From the NCBI GenBank assembly GCA_039964305.1, contig JBDVXS010000142.1, positions 731-64,730 of the forward strand: a DNA stretch of 64,000 bases, in the 5' to 3' direction. The DNA comes from Hyphomicrobiales bacterium. GTDB lineage: Bacteria; Pseudomonadota; Alphaproteobacteria; Rhizobiales; JACESI01. This document shows positions 57,101 through 64,000 of this stretch, one piece after another. The notes beneath the pieces are model-generated. The model saw nothing but the letters and a program-made list of their open reading frames with translations. It made no database searches and had not been told where the DNA came from. Numbering within the stretch: the stretch's first letter is position 1; each line of letters begins with the position of its first letter. Made by a program: the position numbers and the translations under genes.

Positions 57101-57609
57101 GCGGTACGCTTATGCACCGACTACTGGAACGATTGCCTGCCCAAGCGCCTGAAGAACGTGAAGCCATTGCAGCGCGGTATCTCGGCGAGACATTGCCGCA
57201 AGCAAGTTTAGAAAGTCGAGCGATTATGAAAGCCGAAGTGCTTGCTGTTCTTTCTAATCCTCAATTGGCTGCACTCTTTGAAGAGAAGGCAGGTAAAGCG
57301 GAGGTGACAGTTGCTGGTCTGGTTGAGCTTGAAACAGGCAGCATTATGGTGCGGGGTCAAATTGACCGTTTGATTGTGACGGATGAGAGTGTGCACATTG
57401 TTGATTTCAAAACGCACCGTAAAATTGTGGTTGAGGGTGCGGAGCGCAGACAAATTGAGCGCCAACTCGCCCTTTACGCCAAGCTTCTAACGTCGCTTTA
57501 TCCAGATAAACAGATCGTCGCTTCAATCCTGTGGACCGCTAATCAACAGCTTGAAACGCTCGATGTAAACAGCTTGGCCAGTGCGCTAAAGGGGTTGCAA
57601 ACACGCTAA
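54112..57609 (+). CDS. addA: double-strand break repair helicase AddA (UvrD/Rep-type helicase-nuclease)
   Basis: Walker A is ANAGSGKTYVL. The helicase motifs are FTKAAAAEM, ILVDEAQDTS, VGDEKQSIYSFQGA and TVHGAKGLEAP. The C-terminal nuclease region is GQIDRL...IVDFKT. Confidence 0.9.
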   Translation: MSADFAVDERTKSLQATASNPALSAWVAANAGSGKTYVLARRVIRLLLAGADPSKILCLTFTKAAAAEMSARVFDELAKWATLSDEALFKEIDDLTDRPPNDIVLNTARQLFAKALETPGGLKIQTIHAFCERLLHQFPVEANVAGHFEVLDDVGKEHLIHQAQRSVLLEAADHPTSPIANALSDAIAHASDTGYQQALAAYLHSYKKLDQWLERAGSIDGALQELASHFGISSNDTAAGLKEQMLISPHMDSVYLESVRQELLQSSVKFKEMGEILTDALHPNPSNVRVQAMLSFFFTQKEEARKISSIASKDIVSLFPDLEERVAQEQERLSGLLDKKKALATLDATRALLILGSTVSADYQRRKADTGMMDFDDLIEKAAQLLEKPDAAAWVHFKLDQGLDHILVDEAQDTSPRQWDVVSHLANEFFTGESARLVDRTMFAVGDEKQSIYSFQGASPEKFSDMRDHFFKLSNAANKKFERVPLSLSFRSTADVLGAVDLVFSNEDISQQLTNEYVDHSAARLNQPGCVEVWKPFTQPPKLEHDDDWWKPLDRLGEESEKVALAKKMASEIKALIAGDVRLEGTGEIVTAGDILILTRKRGPQVEAINRALKSQGVPVAGSDRLKLLDNIAILDLMALADFVLLSEDDLALAGVLKSPLIGLSEEELFDLSHDRRGTLWSELFLRAQHGDAPYVQAHEQLDRWRREADFTPPFDFFLNILSRDLGRRAFLTSLGAETDEVLDAFLLQVQTYEQTEVPTLQGFVSWFRDGSVEIKRDMESSRDEVRVMTVHGAKGLEAPIVFLVDGGAPYHSVHQPDILGLGENDDAPFIWKRGKEHQTEAQVASLSRDKQSSMAEYYRLLYVAMTRARDRLYVVGTADKKGATNKEGWYATISNALSDDENCEKVIGDDGEVERWRWQMSSAPALPAKSPKAQLYEVYTAPSWLNESAPEAPSALNFLSPSKAFGADEQSETIDYAASQIEASADLLADIPPAERGTLMHRLLERLPAQAPEEREAIAARYLGETLPQASLESRAIMKAEVLAVLSNPQLAALFEEKAGKAEVTVAGLVELETGSIMVRGQIDRLIVTDESVHIVDFKTHRKIVVEGAERRQIERQLALYAKLLTSLYPDKQIVASILWTANQQLETLDVNSLASALKGLQTR

Positions 57610-57776
57610 CGTGAGCAAGCTACATTATCATTGTCTTGCAAAATGATGTGGAATTCCTATGTCTAGTAACGAATTAACAATCGAGCCATGCTTGCTTATG
57701 GGCAAGAATATGGAATCATTGTAGTAAGCACGTAAGGAAAGCCGCAAAGAGCGGCTTTAACAAAAGGGACAGAAAT

Positions 57777-58097
57777 ATGCCAACAACAGCCGTGACAGAC
57801 GCATCTTTTGAGCAAGAAGTCATCAATTCAGACACACCCGTCGTTGTAGACTTTTGGGCTGAATGGTGCGGACCTTGTAAGATGATTGGCCCATCACTTG
57901 AAGAAATCTCAGATGAGATGAGCGATAACGTCAAAATCGTGAAGGTCAACATTGATGAGAACAATGAGACAGCCATCAAATATGGTGTGCGCTCAATTCC
58001 AACAATGATTATGTTTAAAGATGGCGCGCCTGTTGATACAAAAGTTGGTGCAGCGCCTAAAAGTGATTTGGCAAAATGGATTGGCGCAAGCGTCTAG
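57777..58097 (+). CDS. trxA: thioredoxin
   Basis: 106 aa with the WAEWCGPCK active site and [14 protein letters not shown]. Confidence 0.95.
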   Translation: MPTTAVTDASFEQEVINSDTPVVVDFWAEWCGPCKMIGPSLEEISDEMSDNVKIVKVNIDENNETAIKYGVRSIPTMIMFKDGAPVDTKVGAAPKSDLAKWIGASV

Positions 58098-58133
58098 GCT
58101 CAGGCTTTAATCCAAACCAAACAATAAAAACAA

Positions 58134-58163
58134 GAAAGCCGGAGCTTGCTCCGGCTTTTCTTT
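58134..58163. terminator. bidirectional rho-independent terminator between trxA and the convergent hypothetical gene
   Basis: The stem GAAAGCCGGAGC-tt-GCTCCGGCTTTTC is flanked by an A-rich run upstream and TTTTCTTTGTTTT downstream. Confidence 0.8.
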
Positions 58164-58196
58164 GTTTTGGCTTTGAAAGTCTTGAATTTGAAATAT

Positions 58197-58448
58197 TTAT
58201 TGCGTTTCAGGCATTTCCAAACAACGGAAATCAGCAGGCAGTCGATTTCCTTGGAAATCAATGTGAACCACATTGATATCATGCCGTCGACACCACACCT
58301 GAACACCAATACTCGTAAATCCAATATCAACTGCTGCGTATTCACGCATGGATAATCCATTAGAACGGCCTTGTAGCACGTCTTCGGAACATTTGGCGCA
58401 AACGATGGGATGCGTCAGGCTATATTTGAGCGCGGTTGTATCTGTCAT
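58197..58448 (-). CDS. hypothetical small Cys-containing protein (83 aa)
   Basis: The sequence is MTDTTALKYSLTHPIVCAKCSEDVLQGRSNGLSMREYAAVDIGFTSIGVQVWCRRHDINVVHIDFQGNRLPADFRCLEMPETQ. It has four Cys (CxxC plus two distal). I recognise no family. The track ORF opens 17 codons earlier. Confidence 0.45.
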   Translation of the reverse strand: MTDTTALKYSLTHPIVCAKCSEDVLQGRSNGLSMREYAAVDIGFTSIGVQVWCRRHDINVVHIDFQGNRLPADFRCLEMPETQ

Positions 58449-58572
58449 ACAGAATCTGTAGCGAAAACACGCAGAAACCTCAATATCGTCAAACTGCAAG
58501 ACACAGATTTCTCACATTTGCCTTATTTCAACAATCAACCAAACTATTTAGTGGGACATTTCTTGAGTTTAT

Positions 58573-58604
58573 AAAAGAAAAGGGGCCACTTGAAAGTGAC
58601 CCCC
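58573..58604 (-). terminator. rho-independent terminator (minus strand) ending a short transcription unit
   Basis: The reverse strand reads GGGGUCACU-UUCA-AGUGGCCCC (9-bp stem, one U-G pair) followed by UUUUCUUUU. Confidence 0.7.
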
Positions 58605-58664
58605 GTCCGCAAGAGGCGTGGAACGTTGCCTCAATGCGCTTTGGGCTTTCGCCCGTGCCAATGG

Positions 58665-58742
58665 CTATGCAGACAATGAAGGCTGCTCCATCGTCATACC
58701 CATATGGCTTTGCACATTGTGCCTCAAATACGTGACTGACAT
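58665..58742 (-). CDS. candidate 25-aa small ORF (MSVTYLRHNVQSHMGMTMEQPSLSA)
   Basis: The reverse strand shows a strong Shine-Dalgarno arrangement, GAGGAGGTGATCCA-ATG. The ORF ends at TAG. About 60 nt of hairpin-rich RNA (GGGC-GAAA-GCCC) and then the terminator at 58573-58604 follow. Coding status is unproven. Confidence 0.3.
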   Translation of the reverse strand: MSVTYLRHNVQSHMGMTMEQPSLSA

Positions 58743-58974
58743 TGGATCACCTCCTCTCATTTGTTTCAGATGAGAACAAAGGTAGAGATTCTTTTTATCT
58801 TGGCAAGGGTTCGCATGTGGACGTTTTGGCGCAGGCAAGTAAATATTCGATCAAATCAAAATTTATTTGCCTCAATTTATACGTTCTCTATAACGGAGCG
58901 CATTCATCTAACAGCGCCTGTTCCATGATCAATCGTGTTGGATGGGTGCGACCACCATTGAAAGTCTTAGCTAA

Positions 58975-60270
58975 ATGGCATCAAACACTTCTGATCAAAA
59001 GACATTGCGCTTTGTGCGTACTGTTGTTGAGCATCTTGAGCTACCGATTCCTGTTTCTCTTTGGAATGGTGATGTTCTGGGTGGTGACGGTGATTTTGAT
59101 GCGGCAAAGACGCTGCATGTACATGTGGCTTCACCGCAAGCGGTTCGAACTGTTGCGCGCCATCCCTCGCTTGATAGCTTGGTTGAGCTTTGGTCTTCCA
59201 AGCAAGTTGATTTGATAAACGGTACCATTTTTGATGTGGCCGCCATGAACAAGCCCTCTGGTTTGAAGGCGAAGCTCAAGACCTTGCCAAAATGGGCGCT
59301 TTTAAAAGATTTACCTTCTTTATTGCTGGGTGATCGCAATTTTGAGGCCGCAGCGAGCAATCTGTCTGGTGACAACGCCCATGTGAGCGGTTCCAGCAAG
59401 AGCGCAATCCAGCATCATTATGATGTTTCCAACGGTTTTTATAAGCTCTTCCTTGATGATGCGATGTTATACACATGCGCTTATTTCAAAGACTGGGATA
59501 ACACGCTTGAGCAGGCGCAATTTGATAAGCTTGATCATATTTGTAAAAAACTCCGCCTAAAACCCGGCGATCGCCTGCTTGATATTGGCTGTGGTTGGGG
59601 CGCGATGCTTATTCATGCAGCCAAGCATTATGGCGCCACGGGGCACGGTGTTTCTTTGTCACAAGAGCAAACCGAACTGGCCAGAAAGCGGATTGAAGAA
59701 GAAGGCTTGAGCGACAAGATCACCATTGAGATAAAATCATACACTGAGCTTGAGCAGCGCTTTGACAAGATTTCATCCATTGGCATGTTTGAGCATGTTG
59801 GTATTGAAAACTACGCCACTTATTTCTCATCTGTGGCGCGTTTGTTAGAACCGGGTGGGATTTACCTGCACCACGCAATTACGCGGCGTAATAAAAAGGG
59901 CAAGCGGTTCCGTAAAAAGAGCAAAGAGCATAAGGCGCTGGTTAAATATATCTTCCCAGGTGGCGAGCTTGATCATATTGGTATGTCGCTTTCAAATCTG
60001 GAAGCGCATGGCTTTGAAGTCCACGACGTTGAAAATCTGCGTGAGCATTACGGACGCACGTGCCGCATTTGGGCAACGCGGTTGTGGGATCGCTTTGATG
60101 AAGCAATCGCAGAAGTTGGTGAGCCGAAAGCGCGCCTTTGGTTTTTATATATGGCGGGTTGTGCACTCGCGTTTGAACGCGGGGCGGTGCAAATCAACCA
60201 AACCGTTGCAACACGTCGCAAACGCAACAAGAATGTGATGCCACAGACACGCGACGATCTTTATAACTAG
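58975..60270 (+). CDS. cyclopropane-fatty-acyl-phospholipid synthase family SAM-dependent methyltransferase
   Basis: The motifs are HYDVSNGFYKLFLD, the SAM motif I LLDIGCGWGAML and ISSIGMFEHVG. 431 aa. Confidence 0.85.
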   Translation: MASNTSDQKTLRFVRTVVEHLELPIPVSLWNGDVLGGDGDFDAAKTLHVHVASPQAVRTVARHPSLDSLVELWSSKQVDLINGTIFDVAAMNKPSGLKAKLKTLPKWALLKDLPSLLLGDRNFEAAASNLSGDNAHVSGSSKSAIQHHYDVSNGFYKLFLDDAMLYTCAYFKDWDNTLEQAQFDKLDHICKKLRLKPGDRLLDIGCGWGAMLIHAAKHYGATGHGVSLSQEQTELARKRIEEEGLSDKITIEIKSYTELEQRFDKISSIGMFEHVGIENYATYFSSVARLLEPGGIYLHHAITRRNKKGKRFRKKSKEHKALVKYIFPGGELDHIGMSLSNLEAHGFEVHDVENLREHYGRTCRIWATRLWDRFDEAIAEVGEPKARLWFLYMAGCALAFERGAVQINQTVATRRKRNKNVMPQTRDDLYN

Positions 60271-60368
60271 CCAAATTCACCGCCAATCAAGGAATGACGG
60301 GAACAAAGCGCTAGACAGCGCCATTCGTTCGTTTATGTCATAAGCACGAATTAAACGGAGCATCGACC

Positions 60369-61406
60369 ATGCACAACAAAATCCCAGCAACTGTTTTCAC
60401 AGGCTTCCTCGGTGCGGGCAAAACGACCATCATTCGCCAGCTTTTAGAACAAGCAAATGGCAAAAAAATCGCGCTTATCATCAACGAATTTGGTGACGTG
60501 GGCGTGGATGGTGAAGTGTTGAAAGGGTGCGGCGACGAGGTTTGCTCTGAAGACGATATCGTTGAGCTGGCAAACGGCTGTATTTGTTGCACTGTGGCGG
60601 ATGACTTTTTGCCCACCATGTCGAAACTTCTAGACCGCGAGACGCCGCCAGATCACATCGTCATTGAAACATCGGGTTTAGCGCTGCCTCAGCCGCTGGT
60701 TAAAGCCTTCTCATGGCCAACAATTAAAGAGCGTGTTTCTGTTGATGGCGTCATCACTATTGTAGATACGCCAGCTGTTTCAGAAGGCCGTTTTGCAGCC
60801 AATGAAAAGGCCGTTGAGGCGCAGCGGGCTGCTGATGAAAACCTTGATCATGAAAGCCCGCTGCATGAGCTTTTTGAAGATCAACTCGTTTGCGCAGACA
60901 TGGTGCTTCTTAATAAATCTGATTTGGTTGATGGCGATACGCTTTCCAAAGTTGAGGCCGACCTTCGTAAAGAAGTGCGCCCAGGTGTTTCCTTCATTGC
61001 GACCCATGAAGGGGCAATTGATGGTGGCATGTTGCTCGGTCTTGATAGTAAGGCCGAAGACGATATGGCAAACCGCCTCTCGCACCATGAAGCCGACCAC
61101 GGGCACGAAGATCACGACCATGATGATTTTGAAAGCTTCGTTGTGAACACGGGGACATTTGCGGATAAAGACGCAGCCGTTGAGCAATTCACCAAGGTGA
61201 TGCAAGACCACGATATTTTGCGCCTTAAGGGGTTTGTTTCACTTGAAGGTGTTGCAGCTCGTCTTGTGGTGCAAGCGGTTGGTCCCCGCGTAAATGCTCA
61301 TTTTGATCGCCCTTGGAATGCCGGTGAAAAACAGGCAACATCCCTTGTTGTGATCAGTGAAAAAGGCATGGATGAAGCGGCGATCCGTTCAGCGCTTTCT
61401 GCGTAA
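60369..61406 (+). CDS. cobW: cobalamin biosynthesis protein CobW (COG0523 G3E GTPase)
   Basis: The P-loop is GFLGAGKTT and the metal motif is GCICC. There is a His/Asp-rich stretch (HHEADHGHEDHDHDD). It lies directly upstream of cobN. Confidence 0.9.
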   Translation: MHNKIPATVFTGFLGAGKTTIIRQLLEQANGKKIALIINEFGDVGVDGEVLKGCGDEVCSEDDIVELANGCICCTVADDFLPTMSKLLDRETPPDHIVIETSGLALPQPLVKAFSWPTIKERVSVDGVITIVDTPAVSEGRFAANEKAVEAQRAADENLDHESPLHELFEDQLVCADMVLLNKSDLVDGDTLSKVEADLRKEVRPGVSFIATHEGAIDGGMLLGLDSKAEDDMANRLSHHEADHGHEDHDHDDFESFVVNTGTFADKDAAVEQFTKVMQDHDILRLKGFVSLEGVAARLVVQAVGPRVNAHFDRPWNAGEKQATSLVVISEKGMDEAAIRSALSA

Positions 61407-61454
61407 ATCCATAAGCCACTCAAAGCCAATTCAGCAGGTTGAAAACACAGACAT

Positions 61455-64000
61455 ATGCATTTATTGGCAGCACAAGCAGGCGAGATTAGCGATGGCGATG
61501 AAGCCATCGACCTTGGTCAATCGCCTGCTGATGTAATTTTTCTAAGTGCTGCTGATACGGAAATTGTTGCCCTTTCAAAAGCAGGTGTGAGCACGCCTTA
61601 TTCGTTGCGGCTTGCTAATTTGATGCAGCTTAAACATCCCATGTCTGTGGATGTTTATCTTGAAAAAACCTGCGGCAAAGCAAAGCTGATTGTCGCCCGT
61701 CTTTTGGGTGGGCGTGCTTATTGGTCTTATCTGGTGGATGAGCTAACAGCTTTTGCCAAAGCCAATAATATTAAGCTCGCGCTCTTGCCCGGTGACAATA
61801 AGCTGGATGAAGAACTCACCAGTCTTTCAACCGTCAATGAGCAGGATTTTCATGCGCTTTGGGGCTACTTAATTGAAGGTGGCCCAGCCAACGCCTTGGG
61901 GTTTATTGGTTACGTCGCGCATATGCTTGACCCTCAGCGGCCAGAAGCAAACCCACCTAAAGCATTGTTGAAAGCAGGCTATTATTGGCCCGGTATCGCG
62001 CAGCCATCATTGATCGATTTAGAAGCCACATGGATACCCAATGCACCTGTCGCGGTGGTGGTGTTTTATCGCGCACTTCTAGAAGGTGGCAACGCTGCGC
62101 CTATTGATGCGTTGATCCACGGGCTATGGAATGAAGACATCAATGCGCTGCCGATCTTCGTGCCAAGCTTAAAAGACCCGCTTGCTATGGCGCTACTTGA
62201 TGAAGTGGTGCGTGAGGCGGAACCATCGGTGATCCTCAATACGACAGGCTTCGCGGTCTCAAGCTATGATGGCAGCGAGAGCCTGAACCCGTTTGAAGAG
62301 GCGGATTGTCCTGTGTTGCAGGTGGTGCTTTCTTCTAGTTCTAAGCAGGCATGGCAAGATGATATTCAAGGCCTTTCCGCCCGTGATTTAGCCATGCATG
62401 TGGTGCTGCCAGAACTCGATGGCCGCATTATGAGCCGCGCCGTTTCGTTTAAGTCTGCGGCTCAATTTGATGAGCGGACCCAGACTAATATTGTCACCTA
62501 TGAGCCACAGCAAGACCGCATTGCCTATGTCTCCAAACTGGCTAAGCATTGGGTGAAACTGCGCCACGCTAAGAATGGCGAGCGCAAGGTCGCGATCATT
62601 CTTGCAAACTATCCAAACCGCGATGGACGCATTGGTAACGGTGTTGGTTATGACACGCCGCAAAGCACGATTGAAATTTTAAAAGCGTTGGATGGTGAAG
62701 GCTATCACGTCAAAGATATTCCAGCCGATGGCACAACCTTGGTGCACCAACTTTTGGATGGTACGACTAACGCAGAAACGCGCGGGATTAGCACAGCTCA
62801 ATTGTCTGTTGAGGACTATGAGGTGGCCTTCGCGAAGCTTCCGCAAAAGGTACGTGATGAAATTCTCGAGCGCTGGGGTGAGCCATCTAAAGACCCGTTT
62901 GTAAAAGATGGCGCGTTTCAATTAGCAATAAAAATGCATGGTAATATCGCTGTCGGTATTCAACCCGCACGCGGCTATAATATTGACCCGAAAGAAACCT
63001 ACCACTCACCAGACCTCGTGCCGCCGCATGGCTATTTCGCGTTTTACATTTGGTTGCGTGAGCGGTTCGGTATTCATGCAGCAATTCATAATGGCAAGCA
63101 CGGCAATCAAGAATGGCTTCCGGGTAAAGCGTTGGCCTTGTCTGAGGAATGTTACCCCGAGGCGGTCCTTGGTCCGTTGCCAAATCTCTATCCGTTCATC
63201 GTCAATGACCCGGGTGAGGGCACACAGGCAAAGCGTCGTTCTTCTGCGGTCATCATCGACCACTTAACGCCACCGCTCACCCGCGCTGAGACCTATGGCC
63301 CGCTTAAAGACCTTGAGGCTTTGGTGGATGAATATTATCTCGCCAGCGGCCTTGATCCGCGCCGTCTAACACTGTTGCGCAAACACATTCTTGATTTGGT
63401 GCGGGCTGAAAAACTCGACCTTGATGCGGGCATTTCAGATGATGATGGAGAAGACGACGCCCTCCAGAAATTGGATGCCTATCTGTGCGATTTAAAAGAA
63501 GCGCAAATTCGCGATGGCTTGCATGTGCTGGGCCTCTCGCCTGAAGGGGAGCAGGAGCGCGATTTATTGGTCGCACTCACGCGGGTGCCGCGCCGATTGG
63601 GTGAGGGTGGTGATCAATCCTTGATCCGCGCCTTGGCTGATGATTTGGGGTTTGGCTTTGACCCGTTGGACTGTGATTTTGCTGACCAATGGGACGGCGA
63701 AAAACCATCTGTCTTGGCTGAGTTGGATGCTAGCCCATGGCGCAGTGTTGGCGACACGGTGGAACGCTTGGAACTCTTGGCGCAAAAGCTTGTAACGTCG
63801 CATTCCACGTTATCGGACTTGATCCAACAATCAGGCTCTGAGGATGAACTATTTTCTTCAACCAATGTGCTTGAGGCTCTAGCGACGACCATTCGCCCAA
63901 AACTCCAATCCTGCGGCGCGAATGAGCTTGGCAATCTGCTTAAAGGTTTGAACGGCCAGTTCGTCCCTGCTGGACCTTCTGGCGCTCCAACCCGTGGACG
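61455..64000 (+). CDS. cobN: cobaltochelatase subunit CobN (N-terminal 848 aa or so; continues past the window end)
   Basis: Absent from the ORF track because the frame stays open to the window edge. Manual translation from ATG 61455 gives MHLLAAQAGEISDGDEAIDLGQSPADVIFLSAADTEIVALSKAG...RLANLMQLKHPMSVDVYLEKT..., a typical CobN N-terminus. It follows cobW. Confidence 0.9.
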   Translation, partial: MHLLAAQAGEISDGDEAIDLGQSPADVIFLSAADTEIVALSKAGVSTPYSLRLANLMQLKHPMSVDVYLEKTCGKAKLIVARLLGGRAYWSYLVDELTAFAKANNIKLALLPGDNKLDEELTSLSTVNEQDFHALWGYLIEGGPANALGFIGYVAHMLDPQRPEANPPKALLKAGYYWPGIAQPSLIDLEATWIPNAPVAVVVFYRALLEGGNAAPIDALIHGLWNEDINALPIFVPSLKDPLAMALLDEVVREAEPSVILNTTGFAVSSYDGSESLNPFEEADCPVLQVVLSSSSKQAWQDDIQGLSARDLAMHVVLPELDGRIMSRAVSFKSAAQFDERTQTNIVTYEPQQDRIAYVSKLAKHWVKLRHAKNGERKVAIILANYPNRDGRIGNGVGYDTPQSTIEILKALDGEGYHVKDIPADGTTLVHQLLDGTTNAETRGISTAQLSVEDYEVAFAKLPQKVRDEILERWGEPSKDPFVKDGAFQLAIKMHGNIAVGIQPARGYNIDPKETYHSPDLVPPHGYFAFYIWLRERFGIHAAIHNGKHGNQEWLPGKALALSEECYPEAVLGPLPNLYPFIVNDPGEGTQAKRRSSAVIIDHLTPPLTRAETYGPLKDLEALVDEYYLASGLDPRRLTLLRKHILDLVRAEKLDLDAGISDDDGEDDALQKLDAYLCDLKEAQIRDGLHVLGLSPEGEQERDLLVALTRVPRRLGEGGDQSLIRALADDLGFGFDPLDCDFADQWDGEKPSVLAELDASPWRSVGDTVERLELLAQKLVTSHSTLSDLIQQSGSEDELFSSTNVLEALATTIRPKLQSCGANELGNLLKGLNGQFVPAGPSGAPTRG

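Noticed and set aside
58742-59215. 157-aa plus-strand ORF overlapping the 5' end of the cfa-like gene, and the 99-aa plus-strand ORF at 58436-58735
   Set aside because: The first overlaps the well-supported methyltransferase frame, has an aberrant Leu/Cys/Phe-rich composition and lacks an SD. The second runs antisense through the minus-strand terminator and SD-led small ORF, has no SD and has low-complexity content.
60271-60368. Expected cobalamin riboswitch upstream of cobW-cobN
   Set aside because: The spacer is only 98 nt. I found no B12-box-like sequence and no conserved GGUG...GGGAA core, so it is too short and lacks the motifs.
1-64000. Scan for CRISPR arrays, IS elements or transposases, prophage blocks, toxin-antitoxin pairs and known defence-system signatures
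   Set aside because: None were seen. There are no regularly spaced direct repeats and no transposase, integrase or recombinase-like ORFs. All large ORFs are accounted for by conserved housekeeping or metabolic families.

Overview
This window reads as a core chromosomal segment of an alphaproteobacterium, with Rhizobiales/Hyphomicrobiales-like gene order and roughly 50% GC by eye. About 50 genes are densely packed into well-known syntenic blocks. These are rpmH-rnpA-yidC-engB; a MerR-linked fatty-acid beta-oxidation operon (acyl-CoA dehydrogenase, thiolase, hydratase/dehydrogenase); rnd-lptC-lptA-lptB-rpoN-hpf-ptsN; hsp20-DUF1150; ahcY-divL-tsaE/kinase-murU-addB-addA-trxA; and cobW-cobN. Other genes include class I lysyl-tRNA synthetase, one tRNA-Arg(ACG), a PodJ-like giant polarity protein, a GGDEF cyclase and a membrane GT2 polysaccharide synthase. 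I saw no transposases, integrases, phage blocks, CRISPR arrays or recognisable defence or toxin-antitoxin modules, and I cannot honestly point to a convincing new multi-gene system. The best leads are listed here. (1) A GcvT-family/CoA-ligase/crotonase operon with a divergent LysR gene at the left edge, which is DMSP-demethylation-like or methoxy-aromatic-like. (2) A processive GT2 synthase with an N-terminal T2SSE_N/MshEN-like, possibly c-di-GMP-binding, domain. (3) A perfect 18-bp palindrome abutting the start of the beta-oxidation operon next to the MerR gene. (4) A DivL-type kinase whose phospho-acceptor His is visibly replaced by Tyr. (5) A strongly Shine-Dalgarno-led 25-codon ORF with its own intrinsic terminator in an otherwise empty 475-bp spacer. 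All functional calls rest on motif and architecture recognition by eye, and no database search was run.
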